A DNA stretch of 64,000 nucleotides from a virus: the IMG/VR virus record IMGVR_UViG_3300045988_180675, positions 32,001 through 96,000 of that record; one strand, written 5' to 3'. Below the pieces are notes generated by a model that saw nothing but the letters and a program-made list of their open reading frames with translations, searched no databases and was not told where the DNA came from. This document shows, piece by piece, positions 1 to 9,723 of the stretch; positions within the stretch are counted from its first letter, which is position 1; each line of letters starts with the position of its first letter. The translations under genes were made by a program, and so were the position numbers.

Positions 1-2650
1 CTTCATCCGTATGAATGAGTGTTACAACATCTTGTGAGCGTAAGCCTCGAATACTTCCTGTGAACTGGAAATCTTCGCTAGAGGATGAATTAGTAAGGTT
101 CTTTGCGTATGTTGCTGAGTATACATCTGAAATATCATTTGTTAATACAGCTCTATTTGTTTTACCTGTTTTCGCTGTGTAAACCTTTGAAGTGAAATCT
201 TGGTTTGTCTTGCCGCCTTCATTGTTGATGAGGTTGTCATCTTCGAAGATCTTAATTGATGGCGTACAAACAATCTTATATCCATCCACCAATGACTTAA
301 CATCTGTTTCTTTTACCTTGTATTTAACCTGATCAACACCTTCAAAGACAAACTTTACTGCAATTGTTTTTGAAATGTTTGTCGATACAGAGGCTAGTCC
401 GTTTTCGTCAGATGTGAAAGTTTCTTCGTATTGGGTTGCTTGGTTTACATATTTGTATGTTGTATTAGGTGTTAATCCGCTAAATTCTACAGTGATATTA
501 AAGTATGTATCTTCGTGTGTTCCAGTGTATGTTTCTGGCAAATGCTTTTCAACCACAATCTCTGTCGTGTTTGCTGTTGTTGGTGGAACATCCTTTTTAT
601 TTGTGAATACAACTTCTTTATCAGTATCTAATACTCCTGATGTATTTTCTGCACCTGTTTGTGTCCAACCAGTCTGTGGTTGTTCTTGGATTGTGTAGTT
701 TACGTTTACTGGTAATTCAATTTCCGTTGACGAATTTCCATTGATTCTTACAACTGCTTCGCCATTATTGAAGATTACGTTATTAAACTTTTGAACACCA
801 GAAACACCTTCGCCTGTTAATTTAATGTTGAAGGCAAATGATGTTCCATCCTCGATATCAACATTCTTTGTAATTTTCAGCTTTCTTGTCGTTGTAACGA
901 CATTGTTGTATTCATTTATAACTGTTGTCTCAAACTTACCTGTCTTATCGTCATAATTTATGATTGAAACCTTTTTGCCATTGATTTCTTTCGTTGCATC
1001 TACACGTCTGTAGTTCGGATTGTCATCTTCAACCAAATAGTGTTCTTGTGTCTTGTCAATGATTGGCATGACGTATGTCATTGAGCCATCTGAATTCTTG
1101 ATCCACTTGCTATCATCTGTTTCGTAATAGCGTCCACCATTTGCGGTTAAATCGAATCCCTTTGCCTTGGTTTCTCGAACCCAATACCCAGCGATATTAT
1201 TCATATCCGTAGGTTTTGTCGCATACTTTTCTTCTGCTACTGGTGAACCGTTTGTGTTGTATTTCAGGATCCATCTTCCAGTGTATTTATCTGATTCTTC
1301 AAACAGGTTAAAAGCTGATGTTAATCCATAACCAATGTTGTTGAATACAGTATTTTCTGATGTCTTAACGATTTGGAGTCCCTTTTTTCTTACAACTACA
1401 TTGTCACTTGGAAGAAGATTTGGATCTGAATAATTTGAGAAGTCAAAACTTGTTTGTGATCCAAGACCATAGATATAATCTACAACCATATTAGCTAGAT
1501 ATGGTTTTCTTCCGTTTGCATCCACATGATTCGGTTGTGGCATTTTAGATGTATCCAGATTTGCATATAAAGAGAATGCTCCAGAGAATCTTCCTGTAAA
1601 TTGAGAAAAATCAAATTTAGCACCAAGAATCTCGGCGTTTTGCATGAATCCTCCGTAGTCAGGATATGATGAAGGATTTATATTTTCTTGTGTAATTCCT
1701 GTTAAATCAATTACATGCTTCGTATTTTTATATACTTGGAATGCAAAGTTTGCATTCTCTATTTTTGATATTCTCTGTCTTGAAAATAGATCTTTAAAGT
1801 CAACTGAGGAGCCACTAAACATGGAATCAATGCGAGTTACTTCTGTAAGATCTAATGAGGAAAGATTTACTGTTAAGCTTTCGTCACCTGCATTTGGATC
1901 CCAAGCTGACATAAACATCTCTCTAGCATTTCTTGGTTGCATCTTTAGATTTTCCAAGCCTTCAATTTCTTTTACGGAGGCTCTTGCAAACATTGCCTCA
2001 GTGTTACCAAACTTCAACTTGGACCAATTCTCTCCAAATTTAATCTTTCTTGCACGTGCTCCTCTAAACAAGAAATTTAGACCTACATAATCAGAGAAGT
2101 TGGCTCCATCTGGAGTTTCTGTTCTTCCTTTTGCGTCCAATACTGTTACATGAGATAAATCAATCATGGCAGCAGATCCAGCGAATCTCGAAACTTCTTT
2201 TATATTGTCGTTCATTAGTTCGCTGAAGAATATCCAAGCCCAACCATTTAAAGTGCGATGTGGAATATAATCGCTTGGACAGATTCCTATTGTTTTATCA
2301 AAATCTAAGGTTGAAATTCCATTGAACCATGGATACTTTGTTTCTCTATCCTGCCTAATTTGTTCCATAGCACCAAAAGCCCAAGCTGGCTTTATTGCTT
2401 CTAAGCTTCCACTTCCTGCTACAAATCTTGTGTAGCCGTCTTCATAAACTTCAATTTTAGCTGTTGTTGCTACGCCGTCTGAAAACTGGTCCAGAGGCAA
2501 TGATATCTTCAACTCTCCATGTGCAGCTAGTGGTAATTCAGAAGAAAGAATAGGACTACTACCACTTCCTTCTTCTGCGTGTACCGAACTAGGCAATAGA
2601 GTAATGATAAATAATGTTGCTATAAACAGTTTCAATATTTTTTTTATCAT
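1..2650 (-). CDS. Secreted surface protein (signal peptide, DUF285-like repeat region, then Cna-B/pilin-like beta domains); 3' end outside window
   Basis: The minus-strand frame is open from ATG at 2650 (RBS AGGAAAGGAAATGAA) to the window edge. It is absent from the ORF track because it is truncated. My translation begins MIKKILKLFIATLFIITLLPSSVHAEE. Repeated ..MF.. segments follow (NTEAMFARAS, NAREMFMSA, RIDSMFSGS), then beta-rich segments (NVNYTIQEQPQTGW). Confidence 0.7.
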   Translation of the reverse strand, partial: MIKKILKLFIATLFIITLLPSSVHAEEGSGSSPILSSELPLAAHGELKISLPLDQFSDGVATTAKIEVYEDGYTRFVAGSGSLEAIKPAWAFGAMEQIRQDRETKYPWFNGISTLDFDKTIGICPSDYIPHRTLNGWAWIFFSELMNDNIKEVSRFAGSAAMIDLSHVTVLDAKGRTETPDGANFSDYVGLNFLFRGARARKIKFGENWSKLKFGNTEAMFARASVKEIEGLENLKMQPRNAREMFMSAWDPNAGDESLTVNLSSLDLTEVTRIDSMFSGSSVDFKDLFSRQRISKIENANFAFQVYKNTKHVIDLTGITQENINPSSYPDYGGFMQNAEILGAKFDFSQFTGRFSGAFSLYANLDTSKMPQPNHVDANGRKPYLANMVVDYIYGLGSQTSFDFSNYSDPNLLPSDNVVVRKKGLQIVKTSENTVFNNIGYGLTSAFNLFEESDKYTGRWILKYNTNGSPVAEEKYATKPTDMNNIAGYWVRETKAKGFDLTANGGRYYETDDSKWIKNSDGSMTYVMPIIDKTQEHYLVEDDNPNYRRVDATKEINGKKVSIINYDDKTGKFETTVINEYNNVVTTTRKLKITKNVDIEDGTSFAFNIKLTGEGVSGVQKFNNVIFNNGEAVVRINGNSSTEIELPVNVNYTIQEQPQTGWTQTGAENTSGVLDTDKEVVFTNKKDVPPTTANTTEIVVEKHLPETYTGTHEDTYFNITVEFSGLTPNTTYKYVNQATQYEETFTSDENGLASVSTNISKTIAVKFVFEGVDQVKYKVKETDVKSLVDGYKIVCTPSIKIFEDDNLINNEGGKTNQDFTSKVYTAKTGKTNRAVLTNDISDVYSATYAKNLTNSSSSEDFQFTGSIRGLRSQDVVTLIHTDE

Positions 2651-2663
2651 TTCATTTCCTTTC

Positions 2664-5600
2664 CTATAGTCCCTCGTCTGGTTCTGCGATCTCTGGGACT
2701 TCTTCATTATTACTTGTGTTATTTTCCGCCTGTTGTTTTGAAGCAGAACTCGTTGCGTCATCAAGATTTGTGTAGACTCTAATCTTTGGAATGTAGTTAT
2801 CTGGGTTTCCGTTTGTCCACTTCTTTGTGATGACGAGTGAATCTGTTGCGGCTGGCATGTTTTTAACAACATATTTGCCATCAACCTGTTCCATATCTAG
2901 GATGTACGTTCCATCGTTATTTACTACTAAAGTGTATTCCTTTGGATCCTGTACAAACTTCTTTTTATCGCTTGATACAGGGTCTTGGTTTTCTCTAATT
3001 GTATAAGTTCCTACTGGAATATTTACACTTACTTTACCCGTTCCATAATCTGGAGAAACCTTTGTGTTTACTGGTACGCCTTCATAGTCTGTACCTGTAA
3101 TTTGGAAGCTGATATTTCCCCATATAGGTTGGTTTGTTTCTCCATTTAGCTTATACCACTCTACACGAGCGAGTCTATTGTAGTTGAATACAGTGTCAAT
3201 CTTTGTGTTTGTTGTCTTGTTTGTGATCGTTACAACACCATAATCATCAATCTTAACTTCTAACTCGTCTTTTAGCTTCATAAATTCTCTAGGTGTATTT
3301 GTTTCTTTGAGCTTATAAGTTCCCTTTTCGATATTCTTGAAGATAACCTTGCCATTTTTATCTGATGTTACTTTTTCGATTAAATCATTTCCATAATCGG
3401 ATGTACCAGATAGCGTGAATTCCACACCTTCGATTGGAGCAGAGATTCCTTCTTTATTAGGGAAGGTCTTCTTCTCAAATACAATATTTGCATGAACACG
3501 AGGAGTATTGAAGATTGTGATCTCTGAAACTTCTTTATTGTCGATTAACACTCTTCCATTTTCTGTGATCTCGATAACGTGCTTTTCTTCGTTTAGGAAG
3601 TAATCTGGAGTCGTTTCGTATTCTGTCAAAGTATACTTTCCAACTGGAATCTTCTTAAATTTGATGACTCCCTTGCTATCCGTTAGTTTGATCTCATCTA
3701 CATACTCGCCATAAGCACTTCTTCCACTTAGTTTAAATTGGATTCCAGGGATAGGTCGTCTTGTTGTGGCATCTTGCTTATTTAGCTGGAAGTTGCCCAT
3801 GATCTTATAAGTTGTTGTTGTATAACCGTTGAAGATATAGTTCGATGATTCTGCACCAGCTTCTCCAATAGCGGTTGCATTAGCATAAACGACGTTATAG
3901 TTCTTATATACTGTTTCGATCACTGGGAGATTTTCTGGGGCTCTCATATTCAGTATTGCGACAAGTGATTGTGACTTTCCGAGATATCCGATGGAATTAT
4001 CACTCTTTCTTCTGCAGTCAATCGCAATCGTTTTAATTGTTGAAAGATCTGAATTTGCATCTAATCTTGTAAAATTTTCTAATTTTTCTTCTGGTGTTAG
4101 ACCTCTTAGTGTTTCTAAGTCAATATCTTCTGTTGAACCGTATAATACTGGGGCAAATCCTAGTCGCTCCATTTGTGTCGTATCAACGGATTGAAGTATT
4201 CCTCTCCAATTTGGTTTCGCACCATCTGGAGTTGTGTATTTTTCAATATTATCAAACAAGATAATATCCTTTGTGTTTGATGTTGCTGAGTTTGCAAATG
4301 TCAGTTTATAGGAATAATCCTCATTTGGAGCCACGATTGTATCTGCTGTGAACTTTCCATCTGTAGAATTCTTAACAAGCTTCTTTAGACCAGATGAGAA
4401 GTATACCAGTGTAGACAAGTTATATGTTGTATCTGCATAGATAAATCTATTTCCTTTATCTGTTGTTAAGTTACTCATTTCCTTTTTGTATGATCTAAGA
4501 ATAGAGGCATCGTCAGCTGTTCCGTCAGTAATAGCACTATTGCCTGTTTCAAAAGCAACTGGGTTATACACGTTTCCACCATAATCTCTTATGTTGTCAT
4601 AAGGGAATAATGTCTTGAATTTTAGAATTGGATGTTCCATCTGATCGGAGGTTTCGAAGATAACAAGTGTACGTCCTGTATTCTTGTAATTTTGCTTTGT
4701 TGTTACTGTGACGTTGTATGTCTTGCTGCCATCTTTTTCTTCTAGTGTAACGTTGTTTTCGTCGACAATTAAACCTGCTGGCATCAAATCAAACCACTTA
4801 CCACCATCTTGTGGGATTGACGATACGTCCGTGCTTGATGTTCTTGCCGTTTCTTCAGTATCAATGACCCATGTTAATTCATATTGCTTCTTAATACGGT
4901 TATTTAATACTTCTGCAACGTTCTTACGAATTCTTTCATCGGTCTGTGTCTTTCTTGCGAAATCGTATTCTAATGGTGCTGTATAGTTGAAGATCTCTTC
5001 GCCATTTGCCTTTCGCATGTAACCATGAACTTCAGATTGGACAATAATGTCTTCCTTGTTGGCAACAAAAGCGTCAACCTTTGGCGAATGTTTTAGTTCA
5101 TAGTTTGAACCTGCTAAAATCTCAGTAAAGTAATATGGGTTTTTGGATACCAACTTATAGGCAATTACATTGTTATCAAACTTCAGGTTGTTACCAGAAG
5201 AAGTTAATCCTTCTTTTATGATATTGTATTGATTCTTTGCTACATCATAGTCTGCAACATGCACATATTCTGAGCTTTGATTATCGTATTTCGCATATAC
5301 TTCTACAAACGCATTTTCTGGTGTAAAAAATGGATTCGGTTTGAATTTGTTGTATGTAGAATCATATTTTGCTTCTATAAATCTTGGGTTTAATGCAACG
5401 TTTTGAATCTGATAGTCTTCAGAAGTTAAGTTGTCAATAATACTTCCTGTTTCTTTGAGCTTGATTCCGTCTACAAACTGCTCATAGATGACGTTTTGCT
5501 TAAAGTAGTTTTCTGGGAGTCTTTCTTTTCCATCTTCTACTGTGAAATACTCTGGCATTCCGTAAATGTAGTATCCAAAATCAAGATTGTTATATGTATT

Positions 5601-6782
5601 TAATTTTCCGCTTTGGAAATCTTGTAGATCGTATCTTGAATACTCACTTAGCTTTACTCCTACTGAACTCCAGTTTTGTTGGATACTGTCTTTATCTACA
5701 CGGAAGATGTTATCTCCGTATTGAAGAGAAATAAAGTTTCCTTCTTTTACCGACCATGGATCCTTGAAATAATTGATGTCTACAGTTGTGGTTTGCTCCA
5801 TTGGCTCATCCTGGTGATCAATACCTTCTACGATAAACTTGTTAGTTGTTCTAATCGAAACTGTTTGGTCATCTTTATATTCAGATTTTGGAAATCTATA
5901 GAGAATAGAATCAATTCTGTCGATAAATTGATAACTGTTTGTTTCACTGTTATTATCGACCCAGCCGTTTGTTCCAATGTTGTATTTGTATGGAACATAC
6001 GTCTTTGAACTATCATTTGCATCTACGGCAGTAGATTCGATTGTAAACTTGTATGGTTGGTTACCTCTTGTTACTGATTTAAACTGCAGTTCAGAATAGA
6101 AGTATGCATCTGCATCAGCTGGCTTTTCTCCCCAAGTATCATCCCATTCCTTGAATACATCTCCTACAATGGCTCCCCTTACGCCTTCAATGTTTGCGTA
6201 GGTGTTGATTGTGATCTGTTGTAACTCATTTGAGGATGTTAGCTGTCCTCCTGCTGTATCAAGCTCTACTTTTGCGTTTACATGTTCTGCTGACATTGAC
6301 ATATCTGTATATTCGCTAGCCTTATCCGTTAATTGGTAGGCGTATTCGAAGTTATATGTCTTACCAGATGGGACTGGGCGTCTATTTGAAATAACGACTT
6401 CTCCATCAATAATTTCATACATCCATAGTGATGTTACCTCTTCGCCCTGGGCAGTTGCATCTTCGACTTCCTTTTTGGACGGGATAGAAATCTTGAACGT
6501 ATCACCAATAGAACCATCACGCTTAGTGAAGATCGTTGCTGGCAGTTTTAGTCTTGCTGTAGGAATTTTCTCTGTTCCACTGATTGAAAACTCCGTCGTG
6601 TATTTGAAAGAACGTTTTGCCTCGTTTTGTGTTGGGGCGTAAGTAACTTCATCTGCTGTTGTTTGAAATGATTCTATTGCATTCGTAGAGTTAGATGTAA
6701 CGTCTTCTGCATTTACTATGCGTGGTGTTACGAGTGTTGCAATGCAACTTAATGCTAAGAGTTTTTTGATTAAATTCTGCAT
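2664..6782 (-). CDS. Giant secreted adhesin with SpaA/Cna-B (prealbumin-like) repeats; no C-terminal sorting signal
   Basis: 1372-aa ORF with signal peptide MQNLIKKLLALSCIATLVTPRIVNAEDV. C-terminal repeats carry the G.Y.L.E...P..Y signature (GKYTLTEYETTPDYF, GTYKLKETNTPREF, GTYTIRENQDP). The protein ends ...EVPEIAEPDEGL with no LPXTG or hydrophobic tail. Confidence 0.85.
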   Translation of the reverse strand: MQNLIKKLLALSCIATLVTPRIVNAEDVTSNSTNAIESFQTTADEVTYAPTQNEAKRSFKYTTEFSISGTEKIPTARLKLPATIFTKRDGSIGDTFKISIPSKKEVEDATAQGEEVTSLWMYEIIDGEVVISNRRPVPSGKTYNFEYAYQLTDKASEYTDMSMSAEHVNAKVELDTAGGQLTSSNELQQITINTYANIEGVRGAIVGDVFKEWDDTWGEKPADADAYFYSELQFKSVTRGNQPYKFTIESTAVDANDSSKTYVPYKYNIGTNGWVDNNSETNSYQFIDRIDSILYRFPKSEYKDDQTVSIRTTNKFIVEGIDHQDEPMEQTTTVDINYFKDPWSVKEGNFISLQYGDNIFRVDKDSIQQNWSSVGVKLSEYSRYDLQDFQSGKLNTYNNLDFGYYIYGMPEYFTVEDGKERLPENYFKQNVIYEQFVDGIKLKETGSIIDNLTSEDYQIQNVALNPRFIEAKYDSTYNKFKPNPFFTPENAFVEVYAKYDNQSSEYVHVADYDVAKNQYNIIKEGLTSSGNNLKFDNNVIAYKLVSKNPYYFTEILAGSNYELKHSPKVDAFVANKEDIIVQSEVHGYMRKANGEEIFNYTAPLEYDFARKTQTDERIRKNVAEVLNNRIKKQYELTWVIDTEETARTSSTDVSSIPQDGGKWFDLMPAGLIVDENNVTLEEKDGSKTYNVTVTTKQNYKNTGRTLVIFETSDQMEHPILKFKTLFPYDNIRDYGGNVYNPVAFETGNSAITDGTADDASILRSYKKEMSNLTTDKGNRFIYADTTYNLSTLVYFSSGLKKLVKNSTDGKFTADTIVAPNEDYSYKLTFANSATSNTKDIILFDNIEKYTTPDGAKPNWRGILQSVDTTQMERLGFAPVLYGSTEDIDLETLRGLTPEEKLENFTRLDANSDLSTIKTIAIDCRRKSDNSIGYLGKSQSLVAILNMRAPENLPVIETVYKNYNVVYANATAIGEAGAESSNYIFNGYTTTTYKIMGNFQLNKQDATTRRPIPGIQFKLSGRSAYGEYVDEIKLTDSKGVIKFKKIPVGKYTLTEYETTPDYFLNEEKHVIEITENGRVLIDNKEVSEITIFNTPRVHANIVFEKKTFPNKEGISAPIEGVEFTLSGTSDYGNDLIEKVTSDKNGKVIFKNIEKGTYKLKETNTPREFMKLKDELEVKIDDYGVVTITNKTTNTKIDTVFNYNRLARVEWYKLNGETNQPIWGNISFQITGTDYEGVPVNTKVSPDYGTGKVSVNIPVGTYTIRENQDPVSSDKKKFVQDPKEYTLVVNNDGTYILDMEQVDGKYVVKNMPAATDSLVITKKWTNGNPDNYIPKIRVYTNLDDATSSASKQQAENNTSNNEEVPEIAEPDEGL

Positions 6783-6797
6783 TTTTATTCCTTTCTG

Positions 6798-7205
6798 TTA
6801 TTTGAATCCATTTTCTTTTAGGTGCGACATAAATTCTTGGTAAGATGGGTAGCTTGACTGGATTCCAAACTCAGTCAGATCCTTAACTTTTTCAAGGTCG
6901 ATTTTCGCCACTATTGTTACTATGCCATTTTTTACAGACATATCAACATTTAAAACCGAACCTTTGCCGTAATCCTCTTCTAAATTCTTCTTATATTCTT
7001 CTGATACATATTTGATGTTGTCGTTGTTGTAGACACTTTCGTCTGTTGGGTAGTCAGTAGAAAAAACAACAGTTTTAATGTTGTCATCTTCGTGGCTAAT
7101 TGTAATTGTTTCTTTATTATTCTTTAAGGTTGTTGTCTTACTATTAGTGCATCCGATACTTGTACACAAGCAAAGGACGAATAAAACGCCTAAAAATTTC
7201 TTCAT
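6798..7205 (-). CDS. Small lipoprotein, first gene of the adhesin operon
   Basis: MKKFLGVLFVLCLCTSIGC has a signal peptide and a lipobox Cys. RBS AGAAGAGGAAAATT. Confidence 0.8.
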   Translation of the reverse strand: MKKFLGVLFVLCLCTSIGCTNSKTTTLKNNKETITISHEDDNIKTVVFSTDYPTDESVYNNDNIKYVSEEYKKNLEEDYGKGSVLNVDMSVKNGIVTIVAKIDLEKVKDLTEFGIQSSYPSYQEFMSHLKENGFK

Positions 7206-7230
7206 AATTTTCCTCTTCTTTCTAAACTAA

Positions 7231-7259
7231 ATTATACTATATATCATTGTATTTTACAA
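7231..7259 (-). promoter_or_regulatory. Sigma-A-type promoter of the lipoprotein/adhesin operon
   Basis: Minus strand: TTGTAA (7254-7259), 17 nt, TATAAT (7231-7236), 26 nt upstream of the ATG at 7205. Confidence 0.55.
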
Positions 7260-7269
7260 TCAGCAATTT

Positions 7270-7305
7270 GCTTAAAAGAAAATAAGTAGTTGTTTTCTAC
7301 TTATT
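7270..7305 (-). terminator. Rho-independent terminator
   Basis: Stem AATAAGTAG (7281-7289) / CTACTTATT (7297-7305), followed on the minus strand by a T-rich run (plus-strand AAAAGAAAA 7272-7280). Confidence 0.6.
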
Positions 7306-7596
7306 CTTCTTCATCATCTTCATTCTCTTCTTCAGTCCAGTCGATTGCTTGCCCGCAATACGGACAGAAGTCATGTTGCTCATAATCTAATTCAAATTCG
7401 TGGTGACAATTCGGACAATTCCAGTGATCGAAGATGATCTGTCCGTCTTTTCTGGTTTTGTTTTTGTTGCTTTATTTACCAGATCCCGAAGTTGGTGGTC
7501 GATGACTCTGTTCGCTGCCAAGTGATTCATCACATTAGGTTCTCTAGCGTTTAATACTTCTTGTACGAAGTCCAACGCCTCTTGATATGTTTCCAT
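7301..7596 (-). pseudogene. Split gene: helical N-terminal ORF (7387-7596) plus out-of-frame C-terminal zinc ribbon (7301-about 7450)
   Basis: The 69-aa ORF METYQEALDF... ends in junk after ...KTKPEKTD. The -1 frame continues GQIIFDHWNCPNCHHEFELDYEQHDFCPYCGQAIDWTEEENEDDEEE to a stop at 7301-7303. The junction lies in the A-rich tract AACAAAAACAAAACCAGAAAAG. Confidence 0.45.
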
Positions 7597-7608
7597 TTGT
7601 TTTTCTCC

Positions 7609-7989
7609 TTATTTGCTCATCTTGAGTTCCTGATCAATTTCTTGGTGTCTGATCGTAAACATCCTTGATATCGTGTCGTACACTTGTTTTGCCCTAGCCA
7701 TTTCTGCCTCAAACACTGTTTCTCGCATTAGCATGTCTTCGATAATATCCTTGTCGACTTCTTTTCTTTTTAGGACTCGTTTTAATAGGTTTGCGTGCGT
7801 CTTGATTGTGATTAGGTAAGTGTAATAGGCTGATGCCTTTGCCATCATCTTAGCTGCGTTCCCATTGCCTTCTTCTACTGATAAAGGTACTTCTAATTGA
7901 TAATTTCTGCTGAGATACATTAGCAGCATTTCTGGATCCATTTTTAATAGGTCCATCTCTGTAAGCTTGTTTTCTTGTTCTTTGCTCAT
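7609..7989 (-). CDS. Hypothetical helical protein
   Basis: 126-aa ORF, RBS GGAGAAAAACAA. Its start overlaps the stop of the upstream gene (operon spacing). Confidence 0.6.
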   Translation of the reverse strand: MSKEQENKLTEMDLLKMDPEMLLMYLSRNYQLEVPLSVEEGNGNAAKMMAKASAYYTYLITIKTHANLLKRVLKRKEVDKDIIEDMLMRETVFEAEMARAKQVYDTISRMFTIRHQEIDQELKMSK

Positions 7990-8252
7990 TTGTCGTCCTT
8001 TGTCATTATCTTTTGTACCCTATATAGGCAACACCAGATGAATATCAGGTAGAATGCGTGTGCAAAGATAATCAACTGCAGAATATTCTTGAAAATTCCA
8101 TATAAACGTTCCTCTACAAGCATACAGATAAGCAGAGTTAATGTAGTTTGTTGAGATATCTTGGCTAGCCTTTCAATATACTGCTCTGGCGTGTCGCCTT
8201 TTTTTACCATTGTCATCTTCTCGATTACTTCTTTAACCATTCTTACCTCCAT
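7986..8252 (-). CDS. Small hypothetical membrane protein
   Basis: 88-aa ORF with a hydrophobic C-terminal half (LLICMLV..., IIFAHAFYLIFIWCCLY), translationally coupled on both sides. Confidence 0.45.
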   Translation of the reverse strand: MEVRMVKEVIEKMTMVKKGDTPEQYIERLAKISQQTTLTLLICMLVEERLYGIFKNILQLIIFAHAFYLIFIWCCLYRVQKIMTKDDK

Positions 8253-8871
8253 TTTCTAACAGGTTGTTTCTAATATTTATAATTTCTGTAAATGTCTCTT
8301 GATGCATTAGCTTTTTCACCTCATCTTCTGTAATTACTTCTTTTTTGATGAGTAATTTACCGTCTTTCACTTCTCTGTTTAGCAATATCCAGGGTTCGTT
8401 TGGATCCACTGGATTGTCCACTAGAATCAGTTTCGTTTTCTCAGAGAGCTTTAATACGATATTGGGATTTGGCTTCTCGCTGAGTGCAAAGAATGTCACC
8501 AAACAGATCTCTAAGCCGTCAACGTCTGTTACGACGGTTGTTTTGTTTGTCTCTTCAATATTTAGATCTTCCATAGCCTTTTTTACCGCCTTTAAATGCT
8601 CTAGTAATTTGTCCTTAATCTTTCTATTTAAGATTTCGTGCAAGGCTAGAGATAGTATTGCTATTGTTAAAGCAATGTAAGACAGTTCCAATACGCCTTC
8701 AACCTTAATGATGTTCGCAGCAAAACTGAAAATAATAGCTAGCGTTGAGAAAATATAAATGGAAAACAACGAAAGCCGTCTAATAAGAAATAGCTTTGGA
8801 GCTGTCTTCGCCTGTAGCTCATTGATTATTTTATCCATTTTCTGGTTTTTCGTTTCTTTATTTTTGCTCAT
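8233..8871 (-). CDS. Hypothetical membrane protein
   Basis: 212-aa ORF with two predicted TM helices near the N-terminus (LSLFSIYIFSTLAIIFSFAANII, ELSYIALTIAILSLAL). Confidence 0.65.
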   Translation of the reverse strand: MSKNKETKNQKMDKIINELQAKTAPKLFLIRRLSLFSIYIFSTLAIIFSFAANIIKVEGVLELSYIALTIAILSLALHEILNRKIKDKLLEHLKAVKKAMEDLNIEETNKTTVVTDVDGLEICLVTFFALSEKPNPNIVLKLSEKTKLILVDNPVDPNEPWILLNREVKDGKLLIKKEVITEDEVKKLMHQETFTEIINIRNNLLENGGKNG

Positions 8872-8899
8872 AAGTTTCCTCTCTTTTCTTTACATTATT

Positions 8900-8928
8900 A
8901 TTTTATCACATTATATTCTTTTTAGCAA
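8900..8928 (-). promoter_or_regulatory. Class P-A promoter (TTGCTAAAAAGAA type)
   Basis: Minus strand: TTGCTA (8923-8928), 17 nt, TAAAAT (8900-8905). The -35 is followed by AAAAAGAA as in the other P-A copies. Confidence 0.6.
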
Positions 8929-8957
8929 ACAAAAAGTGCCTATATTATATGGCACTT
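8929..8957 (-). terminator. Rho-independent terminator after the MarR-like gene
   Basis: Stem AGTGCC (8935-8940) / GGCACT (8951-8956) with a T-run on the minus strand. Confidence 0.6.
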
Positions 8958-8964
8958 CTTTAGT

Positions 8965-9327
8965 TTATTCTTGCGATATTCTTTCTATCAGTTGTCCCAC
9001 CTTCTTTGTGATTGGTTCTATTAACAGTTTTCTGCCAGTTGATGTTAATCTGATTCTTCTTCTGTATCCACCAGCTGTCTTGTCTGTTTCTATCATTCCG
9101 TTTCTTTCTAATTCTCTAATCAGGTGAGAAGCTCCTTCTTGACGAATTTTGAGTGCTTCTGCTACATCTGCGATCTCATTTTCTTCTTTTAGAATGAACG
9201 CTGCTCTTACAACGTCTGGTTGCAGCTTTAGAACCTTTGCCCTTGCCTTAATAATCTTGTCAATTAAAACAGTTAACTTTGCAAGTTCTCTATAATCTTT
9301 TACTTTTATAACAATGTTGTTTTCCAT
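8965..9327 (-). CDS. MarR-like winged-helix transcriptional regulator
   Basis: 120 aa. The segment ...QEGASHLIRELERNGMIETDKTAGGYRRRIRLTSTGRKLL matches the recognition helix plus wing pattern of MarR-family proteins. Confidence 0.65.
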   Translation of the reverse strand: MENNIVIKVKDYRELAKLTVLIDKIIKARAKVLKLQPDVVRAAFILKEENEIADVAEALKIRQEGASHLIRELERNGMIETDKTAGGYRRRIRLTSTGRKLLIEPITKKVGQLIERISQE

Positions 9328-9332
9328 GTTGT

Positions 9333-9632
9333 TTATATTACTAGGACTGCTACTACTCCTAATTTCTCCTTTCCATTTTTATTTATCTTTTCAATATAAG
9401 ACGTTTCATTTATTACGATTGCTTGGGCAATCTCGCCCAGCTTCTTCTTTATTTCTTTCTTTGTTATCTTCTGGTTTTGGAATGACAACTTGCAATTTAC
9501 GGGAATCATTCCAATAACCTCTTCTTGTCGAGATAATCTTCGCTTGATTCTGATTGAAGATACTAGCATCAAGTCTAGTGAGTCGATGTGTTCCGCTACA
9601 GAATAATTTCGTTTTCCTTTCTTTATGTACAT
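9333..9632 (-). CDS. Hypothetical protein
   Basis: 99-aa ORF immediately upstream of the MarR-like gene. No recognisable motif. Confidence 0.45.
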   Translation of the reverse strand: MYIKKGKRNYSVAEHIDSLDLMLVSSIRIKRRLSRQEEVIGMIPVNCKLSFQNQKITKKEIKKKLGEIAQAIVINETSYIEKINKNGKEKLGVVAVLVI

Positions 9633-9723
9633 ACTTTCTCTCTCTTTCTATACCAATATTATAACATAGTAATTTCTATAAAGCAAATAAAAAAGGAGTA
9701 TTTTTGGCACTCCTTCTTTCGTT

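Noticed and set aside
2664-6782. Short plus-strand or alternative-frame ORFs inside the large genes. Examples: 3991-4194, 4708-4986, 5676-6008 and 5828-6022. Also 22464-23891 in the adhesin, 52947-55458 in secA, 40711-41025 in recJ and 48873-49226 in phoH
   Set aside because: They are antisense or out of frame relative to long ORFs with clear domain signatures. They have no RBS and low-complexity translations.
7440-7470. Programmed -1 ribosomal frameshift joining the two halves of the zinc-ribbon gene
   Set aside because: No X XXY YYZ slippery heptamer fits the zero frame (codons ACA AAA ACA AAA CCA), and no downstream structure is evident. A simple indel or sequencing error in the A-tract is more parsimonious.
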